A stretch of 64,000 nucleotides of DNA, taken from positions 148,801 to 212,800 of the forward strand of contig JBBEAX010000085.1 in assembly GCA_040882645.1 (NCBI GenBank), written 5' to 3'. Origin of the DNA: Acidimicrobiia bacterium. GTDB lineage: Bacteria > Actinomycetota > Acidimicrobiia > Spongiisociales > UBA11373. This document shows, piece after piece, positions 28,701 to 38,093 of the stretch. The notes under the pieces were generated by a model. It made no database searches, was not told the origin of the DNA, and saw only the letters and a list, made by a program, of their open reading frames with translations. The number at the start of each line of letters is the position of its first letter. The stretch's first letter is position 1. The position numbers were made by a program, and so were the translations under genes.

Positions 28701-29233
28701 GGGAGGCGCTCGCCCGCGAGATCGTCAAGCTGGTGCAGGGCCAACGCAAGGATGCCGGCCTCGACGTCTCCGACCGCATCGATCTCTTTTGGGACTCGGT
28801 CTCGTCGGCCGTTGCGGCGGCATTCGAGCGCCACGCCGAATGGATCGCCTCGGAAGTACTGGCCGAAACAATCACCCGGGGCGAAGCCGGCGCGGACCAC
28901 GACGCGGCCGGAGAGCCGGTGGCCCTTCGGGTCGAGAGGTTCATCGCCAGGAAGACACCGAAACCTCCAAAGAAGGCCGCCGCCAAGAAGGTCACTCCCA
29001 AGACGAAGGGCAAAGGGGGACGCGCGGTTCACACCCTCCCCCACAACAAGGGCTGGGCCAACAAGCGCGCCGGCGCCTCCAAGGTGAGCAAGGTCTTCTC
29101 GACGAAGACCGCCGCCCAGAAGGCCGGTCGCGCGACGGCCATGCGTGAGAAGGTGGAGCACATCATCTACACCGCCGACGGGAAGTTGAGTGAACGAAGG
29201 TCGTACGGGAACGATCCACGCGGAAGGGGCTAG
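25763..29233 (+). CDS. ileS: Isoleucyl-tRNA synthetase with a C-terminal K/P-rich linker plus a DUF2188-like domain
   Basis: HYGN (HIGH-class) and KMSKS motifs plus the editing domain. The last ~100 aa are a TPKPPKKAAAKKVTPKTKGKGG linker followed by VHTLPHNKGWANKRAGASKVSKVFSTKTAAQKAGRATAMREKVEHIIYTADGKLSERRSYGNDP. Confidence 0.9.
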   Translation: MADSSFDRAPSDVSFPALEEQILDLWDRIDAFHESVRMRPEDNEFTFYDGPPFPTGSPHYGNLLAGVLKDIVPRYWTMRGHRVVRRFGWDTHGLPIELEVQDELDLSGPSDILEYGVARFNEACRVRVMENTEVWESVTRRIGRWVDFEDDYKTMDTDFMESVWWVFKRLWDEGLVYKAFKVLPYSWGAATPLSNFEVNLGEYRDVEDPSITVRLAVTEGTGPVQPGDLLLVWTTTPWTMPSNLGVAVGRDITYMRIDEPLDGEPGRHWIAADRVSAYWPEGTTGTATASGEELLGTRYRPAFDYFASLAGEGAFVVIPSPEVSVEEGTGLVHMAPAFGEADLAAFTDARLDHLLVDPVDAEGRFTAAVPEVAGVRVKDADPALIKLLRERGALARSERITHSYPYCWRTHTPLIYKAIPTWFVAVERIRDRMVELNETIHWVPDHVGSKRFGNWLEQARDWAVSRNRFWGSCIPVWECDGCDETVCVGSIEELRERSGVLVDDLHKHIVDEVTFGCSACSGTMHRVPEVLDVWFESGAMPYGQNHYPFENKERFERGFPAHYIAEGLDQTRGWFYTLVVHATALFDSVPFRNCVVNGLILAEDGHKMSKSLKNYPDPLVLVDSTGADALRAYLINSPVVRAEPLRFSERGVREVVRTVMLPYWNAYSFFTTYAAAERLTVDDLASAPAPADRPEIDRWILSVLQSLVNRVNTEMEGYYLYNVIPPLIDFVDDLTNWYIRRSRRRFWTVRGTDAADSLAAFATLYEVLVTFSKLMAPVLPFVTEAMYQELVVARRARAEDGPASVHHEDYPESDDSLIDRRLEADMAAVRETVGLGRGLRVTEGIRIRQPLATLTVVSHDSEVRQAVDRHRELVADELNVKSVVTSSDEGSLAVVTAKPNYRTLGPRFGARMAEAAAAIEQLAPAALSRILEGKTIEILGAEVGTADVVVARAPNPGVAVASGERLSVALDTAITAELAREALAREIVKLVQGQRKDAGLDVSDRIDLFWDSVSSAVAAAFERHAEWIASEVLAETITRGEAGADHDAAGEPVALRVERFIARKTPKPPKKAAAKKVTPKTKGKGGRAVHTLPHNKGWANKRAGASKVSKVFSTKTAAQKAGRATAMREKVEHIIYTADGKLSERRSYGNDPRGRG

Positions 29234-29297
29234 TGCCAGCTCTGCCAGTTTCCTGCCAATTACCAATGGCCGGAGTGCGGTGACTGGAGATCTCTTC

Positions 29298-29340
29298 TGT
29301 TGCTGGCAGCGGGAAGCGGGAAGCGGGTAGCCGGCAGCGC
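29298..29340. repeat. GCGGGTAGCGGG-family repeat between convergent ileS and yggT
   Basis: ttctgttgctggcagcgggaagcgggaagcgggtagccggcagcgc. Confidence 0.5.
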
Positions 29341-29343
29341 TCC

Positions 29344-29595
29344 CTAACAAATCACCGCAGACAGAATCCCCAAGCCGATCAGCAGGATCAGCGGCGAGAG
29401 GTCGAGGCCCATACCCCCGAGCCGTACCGGCGGTAGCAGGGCGCGAAGCGGGCGGAGCACAGGCTCGGTGACGGCGCGGAAGATGGCTCGCACCCGCGCC
29501 ACCGGATGGTCATACGAGACGGGGATCCATTCGAGCACGATCCGGGCGAAGACGACGATGCTGTATGCCTGGATGAGGAAGCAGAGGATCGTCAC
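29344..29595 (-). CDS. yggT: YggT-family membrane protein
   Basis: 83 aa, two TM helices. Conserved position after sepF. Confidence 0.75.
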   Translation of the reverse strand: MTILCFLIQAYSIVVFARIVLEWIPVSYDHPVARVRAIFRAVTEPVLRPLRALLPPVRLGGMGLDLSPLILLIGLGILSAVIC

Positions 29596-29598
29596 CGG

Positions 29599-30345
29599 TC
29601 AGGGTTCTTCCGGCGCCTGGTAGTAGCCGAGTTCCTTCAAGCGACGCTTCTCGTCCCGAGAGATGTTCACGTTGGCCGGGTTGACGAGCACCACCCCTTG
29701 CCCGATCTTTCGCATCGACCCGCCGAGGGCGTAGGTGAGCCCGCTCGAGAAGTCGACCAGCCGACGCACCATGGCCGGTTCGACGTTGCGCAGGTCGAGG
29801 ACCACCGGGATGTTCGCCCGGATGTGATCTGCCAGCACCTGCGCGTCGGTGTACGACCGGGCGACTATCACCTCGCATTCGAGGTCGGCATCCGACATGG
29901 TCCTGACCATCGGGCGATCGGCCGGCGAGAGGGTCACGCCTGCTTCCGACATCGATGGATCCGACCCGACCCTGCGGCGCCGGGTCGTCATCGGAGGCTC
30001 GACTCGGCGACCCTGTACGCCGCTCGGGGCAGGTGCCACTCGAGGCTCACCGCGACGATTGGCGGCGATACGCTCGCCGGTGGTGAGGGTCGGGTCGAGG
30101 TTGGGCTCGTCGAGCTCGCTGCGATTGCCGAGCGACACCCCGGGGCGTTGCGGTTGGCGCGCCTGCGGCTGACGGCCCTGGGCCTGCCGCGCCGTAGGCG
30201 GCCGTCCCACCGTCTGCCGGGAGGGCTCTCGGCCCGGCGGGGCGACGGGTTCCTGCTCCCAGCCCTGCGCACCGTACTGCTGCTCCTCGACGGCATCCTC
30301 GTCGACGAGTCCCAAATAGAAGAGTGTCTTCTGCCACATACTCAC
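29599..30345 (-). CDS. sepF: Cell division protein SepF
   Basis: MSMWQKTLFYLGLV N-terminus, a disordered linker, then the C-terminal SepF domain. Confidence 0.85.
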   Translation of the reverse strand: MSMWQKTLFYLGLVDEDAVEEQQYGAQGWEQEPVAPPGREPSRQTVGRPPTARQAQGRQPQARQPQRPGVSLGNRSELDEPNLDPTLTTGERIAANRRGEPRVAPAPSGVQGRRVEPPMTTRRRRVGSDPSMSEAGVTLSPADRPMVRTMSDADLECEVIVARSYTDAQVLADHIRANIPVVLDLRNVEPAMVRRLVDFSSGLTYALGGSMRKIGQGVVLVNPANVNISRDEKRRLKELGYYQAPEEP

Positions 30346-31020
30346 TGATTCAGCCCCTTTGGGGGAACGGGGTCAAAGATAGCCCGTCCGATCCGTAACA
30401 CGGTTGCACCCTCCTCCACCGCCACCTCGAAGTCATCGCTCATGCCCATCGACAGTTGGGCGAGCGCGGGATGATCCTGGCGAATCCGGTCGCGCAGATC
30501 ACGCAGCCGCCGGAACCAGGGGCGGGAGTCTTCGGGACGATCACCCAGGGGCGGGACGGTCATCAGCCCGACCACCTCGAGACCGAGAGATGTCGCGATC
30601 CGAATCAATGCGCCTGCTTCGTCCGGCGCGACCCCGCCCTTCTGTACCTCCCCGGCGAGGTTCACCTGAACCAGCACGGGCGGCGGCATCCCCGGGCCTT
30701 TGACCCAATGTTCGGCGAGGGCGGGTCGATCGAGTGAATGAAGCATGGAAACAATCGGTCGAACCTGTCGAACCTTGTTCCCCTGGAGGCGCCCGACGAA
30801 ATGCCACCGGACCCCGGCCGGGAGCAAGACCGAGCGAGCTGCGAGCTCCTGGGCTCGGTTCTCTCCGAAGTCGGCGAGGCCCTCGGCATGGGCAGCGACG
30901 ACCGCCGCGTCGTCGGCGTATTTGCTCACCCCGACCAGGGTGATATCTCGAGGATCACGTCGGGCCCTTTCAGCAGCCGCGACGATCCTGCGCCGAACTT
31001 CGGTCAGCCCGGTAGCCATG
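30342..31020 (-). CDS. yggS: YggS-family PLP-binding protein
   Basis: LVGVSKYADDAAV (PLP lysine) and LHFVGRLQGNKVRQV motifs. Start at MATGL (31020). Confidence 0.85.
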
Positions 31021-31630
31021 CCACTGCCACCTGCCGCTCGCTGGCGCGGTCGCGCCGATGTGAATGGTATCCGTCGTCCGACATGGTGCACACGCCGGCG
31101 TCCCAGACATCGAGGCCGGCGAGGGCGGCGACGATGTCGCCGCGGAGGTCCACCGAGAGGGTGCCCCACGCGGTTTGGCGCCGATGGTCGGGAAACTGCG
31201 CAGCCACTTCCGCTCCGACCTCGAAGCAACACGGGCCGATGCCAGGGCCGATCGCGGCGCGTGCCGGTGTGAACCCGACGGCTGCCATCGCCTCGCGGAG
31301 TGCACCGACAACGCCCGCGGCCGTGCCGCGCCAGCCTGAGTGGGCGATCCCTACCGCGCCATCAGCCTCGAGGATCACCGGGTAACAGTCGGCCGTGGCT
31401 ACGGCGAGCGGAAGCCCCGCCTGCGTCGTGAACGCCGCGTCGGCATCGCCCTGCGGGCCAGAGCGAGACACTCTGACGACTCCACGGCCGTGGACCTGGC
31501 GGAGCCACGCCCAGTCGGAGGAAATGCCGAGCGATGTCGAGATCGCGGCTCGGGACACTGGCTGGGACCGGCCGTCGCCGTCGAACTCGTCACCGAACGC
31601 GGCGCCGCGAAAGCCCGGCGGCCGGATCAT
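31004..31630 (-). CDS. pgeF: YfiH/PgeF (LACC1-type) family protein
   Basis: ADCYPV...[14 protein letters not shown] signature. The ATG at 31630 overlaps the ftsZ stop (ATGA). Confidence 0.8.
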   Translation of the reverse strand: MIRPPGFRGAAFGDEFDGDGRSQPVSRAAISTSLGISSDWAWLRQVHGRGVVRVSRSGPQGDADAAFTTQAGLPLAVATADCYPVILEADGAVGIAHSGWRGTAAGVVGALREAMAAVGFTPARAAIGPGIGPCCFEVGAEVAAQFPDHRRQTAWGTLSVDLRGDIVAALAGLDVWDAGVCTMSDDGYHSHRRDRASERQVAVAWLPG

Positions 31631-32730
31631 CCCTTGAGGAAGTCGGGGATATCCAGATCGTCGAGCGAGGCGGTGCCGTCGTCGAACCCCGCCAGTGCGG
31701 GCTCGTCGCGTCGGGTCGGCTTCGGGATCGACGGAGACTGAACGGACGGCGACTGTATCCGCGGGCGGTCTGGAGGCCCGCCGCCAAATCCGGCGGCGAT
31801 CACCGTCACCCGCATTTCGTCTCCCATCGAGTCGTCGATGGTGGCGCCGAAGATGACATTGGCATCGGGGGTGCAATGCTCGGCGATGGTGGTCGCCGCC
31901 TGGTTCACTTCGTGGAGGCTCATCGACTTCGACCCGGCAACCGAGAGCAGCACTCCGCTGGCGCCTTCCACCGACGACTCGAGCATCGGGCTTGCGATCG
32001 CCTTGCTCGCCGCCTGCACCGCCCGATTCTCACCGGAGGCCCGGCCGATGCCCATGACCGCGGTGCCGGCCCCCCACATGACCGACTTCACGTCGGCGAA
32101 GTCGACGTTGATGAGACCAGGAGTGGTGATCAGATCGGTGATGCCGCCCACGCCATGGAGGAGCACCTCGTCGGCCAGGCGAAACGCGTCGACGATGGGA
32201 AGGCTCTGGTCGGCATGCTCGAGCAGCCGTTGGTTGGGGATCACGATCAGCGTGTCCACCGCATTCCGGAGGGCGGCGATGCCCTGTTCCGCCTGCACCG
32301 AGCGGCGGCGGCCCTCGAAACCGAAAGGCCGGGTCACCACCGCGACCGTCAGCGCTCCGAGGTTGCGGGCGATTTCGGCCACCACGGGGGCGGCTCCGGT
32401 GCCGGTGCCACCGCCCTCGCCGGCGGTGATGAACACCATGTCTGCGCCGCGCAGCGAATCCTCGATGTCGTCGCGGTGAGCCTCGGCGGCGCTGCGGCCG
32501 ACTTCGGGATCCGCCCCGGCGCCGAGACCGCGGGTGAGTTCGCGCCCGACGTCGAGCTTCACGTCGGCGTCCGACATCAGCAATGCCTGCGCATCGGTGT
32601 TGATGGCGATGAACTCGACGCCGCGCAACCCAGCATCGATCATCCGGTTCACGGCGTTCACGCCGCCGCCGCCGACGCCTATCACTTTGATGACGGCCAG
32701 ATAGCTCTGGAGACCGTCGTTGGTCACCAT
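31627..32730 (-). CDS. ftsZ: Cell division GTPase FtsZ
   Basis: [13 protein letters not shown] tubulin signature, T7 loop, and a C-terminal DIPDFLK peptide. Confidence 0.95.
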   Translation of the reverse strand: MVTNDGLQSYLAVIKVIGVGGGGVNAVNRMIDAGLRGVEFIAINTDAQALLMSDADVKLDVGRELTRGLGAGADPEVGRSAAEAHRDDIEDSLRGADMVFITAGEGGGTGTGAAPVVAEIARNLGALTVAVVTRPFGFEGRRRSVQAEQGIAALRNAVDTLIVIPNQRLLEHADQSLPIVDAFRLADEVLLHGVGGITDLITTPGLINVDFADVKSVMWGAGTAVMGIGRASGENRAVQAASKAIASPMLESSVEGASGVLLSVAGSKSMSLHEVNQAATTIAEHCTPDANVIFGATIDDSMGDEMRVTVIAAGFGGGPPDRPRIQSPSVQSPSIPKPTRRDEPALAGFDDGTASLDDLDIPDFLKG

Positions 32731-32844
32731 GGGTTCTCCTCGGTCTGTAGCCCACTGTGGGGCCGACGACCGACCTCGGGGGACGGGAGGAAGGATACTC
32801 CACCCTCGACCCGAGGATCACGATTCATCGTCGGTACCCTCGAC

Positions 32845-33591
32845 CTAACCTTGAGGGACCGCATCGATGATGGCAGGACGCGACGCCGAGGTGAGGTCGA
32901 TCACCGCGCCTGACGAAAGCTCCTGGCCCAAAAGGACGAGCAGCGTCCGCGCCTTGTCGGCGAGGTCGATCGGATGGCCGAGACGCACCGGATGGCCCAG
33001 AGCCTCGGTCCACATCTCGGCGCCCTGCATCTCGAGGACGATGGTGCCCCCGATGAACTCGTCGAGAACGAGTGCCATCTCGACGATCTCGTGCCAGCCA
33101 GGATCGACCGGACGCACCCCGGGATCCACATCGGGGAAGGCGACCGAGGCCCGGAGCCGCCCAGCCTCAGGTTCGGGGGCACGTTCGACGACCGTGCCGT
33201 CCTCGGCCACCAGCATCCATCCGAGAATCCCCTCGATCCATGCGACCGGCCGGTGTTCGAGCACCTCCACCACAAGCCGGTTGGGAAACACCTTGTCGAT
33301 CCGGACATCGCTCACCCACGGGTCGGCAAGCACCGCCCGTTCGAGCGCTCCCGAGTCGATCCAAAGCAGCAGCGCCCCCTCCCCCACCCCCGCGCCGGCG
33401 ATGCGGGCACGGGTCTCGGACTGCACCTGACCCAGCACCTCTACCTCGCCGACAGAGAGCCAGGGGCTATGGGCGATCAAGGTTCCGGCGGCGAGGACCA
33501 ATAGCAGGGCCAACCATCCGATCCATCGGCGGCGGCGGGGAGCAACGGGTCGGCTGCGGTCGGCGGCGACCTGATCGCGGATCGCGGTCAT
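32845..33591 (-). CDS. ftsQ: Cell division protein FtsQ/DivIB
   Basis: Single TM helix, then a POTRA-like domain. Conserved position between murB and ftsZ. Confidence 0.7.
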   Translation of the reverse strand: MTAIRDQVAADRSRPVAPRRRRWIGWLALLLVLAAGTLIAHSPWLSVGEVEVLGQVQSETRARIAGAGVGEGALLLWIDSGALERAVLADPWVSDVRIDKVFPNRLVVEVLEHRPVAWIEGILGWMLVAEDGTVVERAPEPEAGRLRASVAFPDVDPGVRPVDPGWHEIVEMALVLDEFIGGTIVLEMQGAEMWTEALGHPVRLGHPIDLADKARTLLVLLGQELSSGAVIDLTSASRPAIIDAVPQG

Positions 33592-34493
33592 CGATAAAAC
33601 TCCCCAACGAACCTGATCTCCGGCTCGAGATCGACCCCGGTGGACTCGAGAATGCGCCGCCGTACTTCCTCCACGAGCCGGCGCAGGTCGTCGGCGCTCA
33701 CCCCAGCATCGGCTACGAAGAAGTTGGCGTGGCGCTCGCTCACTGCCGCCCCCCCGATGCGGAGGCCCTTCAAGCCAGCGTGATCGATGATGCGGCCGGC
33801 CGAATCACCCGGCGGGTTCTTGAAGACGCTGCCCGCGTTGAGGGTGCCCCCGGGCTGGTTGTCGCGACGCCATCGGGTGATCTCGCGAATCGTCGCCTCG
33901 CCCTCGCCCGGCTCCCGGTCGACAGTTCGGAAGGCGGCGCTGACCACGAACTGCCGATCCGTCAGGTTGGTATGCCGGTAACCCATGTCCAGTTCGACCG
34001 GGGTAGGCGACGACACCGCCCCATCGACCAGGTCGAACACCCGGGCGGTGACCAGCCACGCGGCGGTGTCGCTCCCATGGCAACCGGCGTTCATCCGAAC
34101 CGCTCCGCCCACGCTCCCGGGTATTCCGGTGAAGAACTCGAGCCCACCCCGGCCCGCTCGCACCGTCTCGCGGGCGAGCAGCGGGAGCGGGGTGCCCGCA
34201 CCCGCAGACACGACGGCACCCTCACCGAGAGACCATCCCGAAAGACCGGGTCCGGGCCGGATCACCACCCCGGGAAACCCGGAGTCGGCAACGATGAGAT
34301 TGCTTCCCCGGCCGAGCGCAATCAGGGGCAACTGTTCTTCGGCGGCCAGCGAGGCGGCAAGTCGGAGGTCCTCCTCGTCGTCGACCACCACCAGGAATCT
34401 CGCCGGGCCCCCGACCTTGTAGGTGGTCAGCGGAGCCAACGGGGCGCCGGTGGTCACCTTGCCGCGGTCGACGAGGTTGGCGAGTGATGTCAC
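33588..34493 (-). CDS. murB: UDP-N-acetylenolpyruvoylglucosamine reductase
   Basis: FAD-binding PCMH domain (GGPARFLVVV...GRGSNLIV) plus the MurB C-terminal domain. Confidence 0.85.
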   Translation of the reverse strand: MTSLANLVDRGKVTTGAPLAPLTTYKVGGPARFLVVVDDEEDLRLAASLAAEEQLPLIALGRGSNLIVADSGFPGVVIRPGPGLSGWSLGEGAVVSAGAGTPLPLLARETVRAGRGGLEFFTGIPGSVGGAVRMNAGCHGSDTAAWLVTARVFDLVDGAVSSPTPVELDMGYRHTNLTDRQFVVSAAFRTVDREPGEGEATIREITRWRRDNQPGGTLNAGSVFKNPPGDSAGRIIDHAGLKGLRIGGAAVSERHANFFVADAGVSADDLRRLVEEVRRRILESTGVDLEPEIRFVGEFYR

Positions 34494-35860
34494 CCGGCAC
34501 CCGCCAACAGGGGTGCGATCTCGTCGGCCACGAGGGTGATGTCGCCGGCTCCCATGATGAGGATCAGGTCGCCTTCCACCGCCTCGGCGGCGATCGCCAT
34601 CGCCAGGTCGGCGCGGCGGGGCACATATGACACGTTGGCACCGGCGGCGACAGCAGCATCGGCCACCACCCTGCCCGTCACTCCCGGGACCGGAGTCTCG
34701 CTGGCCGCGTAGACGTCGGTGACGAACACTCGTGCCGCTCCGGCGAGGGCGGTCCCCAACTCCACCCCCAGTTCGGCGGTCCTGCTGAATCGGTGAGGCT
34801 GGAACACGGCGATGATCCGCCGCCCCTGGCGCGCCTGGCTGGCGGCGTCGATCGTGGCGGCGATCTCGGTCGGATGGATGGCGTAGTCGTCGATTACGGT
34901 GACCCCGCGGATCCGGGCTCTGGTCTCGAACCGTCGGCGGACTCCGGCAAAGCGCTCGAGGCCGGCAGCCGCCGCCACGACATCGAGGCCCATCTCACCG
35001 ATGAGCGCCAGCACCCCGGCCGCGTTGCGAGCGACGTGGGTTCCCGGTTTGGGAACCCGCACCGGCAGGTCGGCGTGAGGGCCGCGGAGCCGGAACCGCA
35101 CGGAATCCGCACCGTGCCGGATGTCGCTGATGTGCCAAACGGCTTCATCGGACGTTCCGTATCCGACGACCCCATCGACCCTGGCTGCTACCGCCGCAGC
35201 CCCCCGGTCGTCGATGCCGGCGACGACCGGGCCGTCCACGGCCCCAGCCACTTCGGCGAAGGCATCCTCGAGGTCGGCCAGCGACCCGTAGTGGTCGAGG
35301 TGGTCGGGCTCGACATTGGTGATCACAAGGCCCTTCAGATGGAGTGAGAGAAACGTTCCGAAGGCCTCGTCGGCCTCCAGCACGAACAGATCCTCCTCGC
35401 CCAGGTGCGAGTTGGTGGCGAGGTCGACGAGCACACCCCCAACCATGAAGGAGGGATCACGACCAAGCGCCCGCAACGCGGCGATGGTCATGGCGGTGCC
35501 GGTCGTCTTGCCGTGGGTGCCGGTGACGCCGACGGTTCGCAGCCGACGGGTGATCGCCTGCAGCAGCCGGGGGCGGTCCCATACCTCGACCCCCCGCTGG
35601 CGCGCCGCCGTGATCTCGGGGTCACGATCCGGCACCGCGCTCGACGCCACCACCAGGTCCCATCCGGTGGCAGCCTCCGGCCGGTGACCCACCCATACCG
35701 CGACCCCGGTGCCTGCGAGGGCATTCAGGTGGGCGCCCGGCTTCAAGTCCGACCCGGTGACCTGGTGGCCCCATTGCGAGAGGATCTTGGCAAGGCCCGA
35801 CATTCCCGCTCCCCCAACACCGACCACGTGGATTCGCCGATGAGGCACCAGATCAGCCAT
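34490..35860 (-). CDS. murC: UDP-N-acetylmuramate--L-alanine ligase
   Basis: HVVGVGGAGMSGLA and GTHGKTTGTAM Mur ligase motifs. Confidence 0.9.
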   Translation of the reverse strand: MADLVPHRRIHVVGVGGAGMSGLAKILSQWGHQVTGSDLKPGAHLNALAGTGVAVWVGHRPEAATGWDLVVASSAVPDRDPEITAARQRGVEVWDRPRLLQAITRRLRTVGVTGTHGKTTGTAMTIAALRALGRDPSFMVGGVLVDLATNSHLGEEDLFVLEADEAFGTFLSLHLKGLVITNVEPDHLDHYGSLADLEDAFAEVAGAVDGPVVAGIDDRGAAAVAARVDGVVGYGTSDEAVWHISDIRHGADSVRFRLRGPHADLPVRVPKPGTHVARNAAGVLALIGEMGLDVVAAAAGLERFAGVRRRFETRARIRGVTVIDDYAIHPTEIAATIDAASQARQGRRIIAVFQPHRFSRTAELGVELGTALAGAARVFVTDVYAASETPVPGVTGRVVADAAVAAGANVSYVPRRADLAMAIAAEAVEGDLILIMGAGDITLVADEIAPLLAGAG

Positions 35861-36926
35861 CGGCCGCCTCCATGAGATGGCGGGCGATCACGGCTCCGGC
35901 GTCGGGACGCCCCACGCCGCGTGCTCGGACTCCCATCCGCTCCAACTCCCCGGGGTCGAACAGGAGGGACCGAACGATGCCGGGAAGTGCCGCGGCGGTG
36001 GCTTGCGGTACCACCCGGGCTCCGCCCGCCCCGGCGAGCATCAGGGCATTTTCCCCCTGACCCACCCGGTCGAGAGGCACCAGGATCGACGGGGTGCCGG
36101 TGGCTGCCAGCTCACTCACCGTCATCGCTCCGGAACGACAGACGACGAGATCCACCGCAGCGTAGAAATATTGCATCTCTGCCTCGAAAGGTCGGCAAGT
36201 CCACGGTACCCCGGCATCAGATGCCAGCCGCGCCATGGCCGGGTAGGCATCAGGTCCGGTGAGATGCACCGTTCCCGCCGCCCCCGACCCCTCCACCATT
36301 GCCGCGGCAGCATCGTTGAGCACCCGGGCCCCCAAGGACCCTCCAAGGATTCCGAGCACAGGACCCGAGGCTTCGAGCCCGTAACGATGCCGGGCCTCGG
36401 GTCTGAGAGCGAAACGATCGACCCCGGCAATTTCCTCACGGAGCGGATTCCCCACCACGGTGCTCCGGGGAAGCCGCTCCGACTCGCCGGATAGGCCGAG
36501 GAACGTCGCCCTGGCCCGCCGGGCTGCATACCGCGATGCCCGGCCGGGGCTGGCGTTCTGCTCCTGGAGGAAGAATGGAACACCGACCCTGTTGGCCGCG
36601 ATCGAGGCGGGGACCGAGACGTATCCCCCCATGCCCACGACCACCCTGGCGCCGCTATCCCGGAGGTGGTCGGCGATTGCCGCCGCGCTGCGGCGGACCA
36701 CGAACGGAATCGTGAGGTTGGCCGGACTCGACCAACTGCGCAGGCGGGCGAGACCGAACGATCTGAACGGATACCCCGCCTCAGGGACGGCCCGAGCCTC
36801 GAACCGGTCGCCGCCGAGGAAGCCGATCTCGTGCTGAGGCACCCCCAGATCCTCCAGTGCCCGCGCCAGCGAGAGGGCGGGATACACATGGCCGCCCGTC
36901 CCGGCGGCGGCGATGGCGAATATCAC
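35853..36926 (-). CDS. murG: UDP-GlcNAc:undecaprenyl-PP-MurNAc-pentapeptide GlcNAc transferase
   Basis: AAGTGGHVYPAL N-terminus. The GTG at 36926 overlaps the ftsW stop. Confidence 0.85.
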   Translation of the reverse strand: MIFAIAAAGTGGHVYPALSLARALEDLGVPQHEIGFLGGDRFEARAVPEAGYPFRSFGLARLRSWSSPANLTIPFVVRRSAAAIADHLRDSGARVVVGMGGYVSVPASIAANRVGVPFFLQEQNASPGRASRYAARRARATFLGLSGESERLPRSTVVGNPLREEIAGVDRFALRPEARHRYGLEASGPVLGILGGSLGARVLNDAAAAMVEGSGAAGTVHLTGPDAYPAMARLASDAGVPWTCRPFEAEMQYFYAAVDLVVCRSGAMTVSELAATGTPSILVPLDRVGQGENALMLAGAGGARVVPQATAAALPGIVRSLLFDPGELERMGVRARGVGRPDAGAVIARHLMEAADG

Positions 36927-38092
36927 CGCTCGGGCACCGGGGCGGTCGGTGCCTGCCGTGCCACCGACACGAGCACCCCGACGCCAACGAGGGAGACCAC
37001 GAGTGCGCTCCCGCCGGACGAAACGAACGGCAGCGGGACGCCGGTGATGGGGAGGAGGCCGACCACGCCGCCGATGTTGACGATCGCCTGCGCCGAAAGC
37101 CAGGACGTGATGCCGACCGCCAGGAGCCGACCGAATCGATCGGTGCAACGCAGGGCGATGAGCGTGCCAGCGATGGTGAACACGGCGAACATCGCCACGA
37201 TGGCGAGCGATCCTGCCAGCCCGGTCTCCTCACCGAGAATTGCGAAGACGAAGTCGGTGTGTGCATTGGGCAGGAACGACCATCGCGCCCGGCTCGCCCC
37301 GAGGCCGACTCCCCACAAGCCTCCGGTTCCCAACGCCACCAGCCCCTGTACCGCCTGATAAGAGGTGCCAAGAGGGTCACTCTGGAGATCGAGGAATGCG
37401 GTCACCCTCGCCCACCTATAGGGCGAACTCATCGCCAGGGCGAAGGCGGTGCCGCCCGCGGCGATGCCCGTGCCGATCACATGCCGCATGGGCACGGCAC
37501 TAGCCCAAAGCACCGCAAACGCCCCGGCAGCGACGAGCAGGGTGGTCCCGAGATCGGGCTGGAGCATCACCAGCCCGCCGACCAGACCGACGGTGGCGGC
37601 AACGGGCCCGAAGAAGTCACGGTATCGCCTCATCGACAGCTCACGACGGCTGACGACCGTGGCGAGCATCACGACGGTGGCCAGCTTGGCGATCTCGGAG
37701 GGCTGTATCGATACCGGTCCAACTATCAGCCAGCGGATCGCCCCGTTCACCCGGGTGCCCACGAACAAGACCGCGACGAGCAAGCCGAGGGTCGTCACGA
37801 ACATCGGAAGCGCAAGCTTCTTCCACCACCGCAACGGGATGAATGCGGCCACGACCATTGCCACTACCCCGACCACCAGCCAGGCGATCTGACGCTTGAA
37901 GAAGAAGAGCCCGTCGCCGGTCTCACGCAGGCCGACGACCGACGACGCCGACAGGATCGCCCCGAGGCCGATGATAACGAGCAATACCACCGGCACCAGC
38001 AGGAACATCATCGTGCGCGACACCCCCCGCTCGACGGCGCGAATGGTCCGTAAGGCGGCCCGGGCGCTCGGCATCGAAACGACGTTCGCCAT
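36923..38092 (-). CDS. ftsW: Peptidoglycan glycosyltransferase FtsW (SEDS family)
   Basis: 10 TM helices, SEDS motifs. Start at MANVV, just after the murD stop. Confidence 0.85.
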   Translation of the reverse strand: MANVVSMPSARAALRTIRAVERGVSRTMMFLLVPVVLLVIIGLGAILSASSVVGLRETGDGLFFFKRQIAWLVVGVVAMVVAAFIPLRWWKKLALPMFVTTLGLLVAVLFVGTRVNGAIRWLIVGPVSIQPSEIAKLATVVMLATVVSRRELSMRRYRDFFGPVAATVGLVGGLVMLQPDLGTTLLVAAGAFAVLWASAVPMRHVIGTGIAAGGTAFALAMSSPYRWARVTAFLDLQSDPLGTSYQAVQGLVALGTGGLWGVGLGASRARWSFLPNAHTDFVFAILGEETGLAGSLAIVAMFAVFTIAGTLIALRCTDRFGRLLAVGITSWLSAQAIVNIGGVVGLLPITGVPLPFVSSGGSALVVSLVGVGVLVSVARQAPTAPVPER

Positions 38093-38093
38093 A

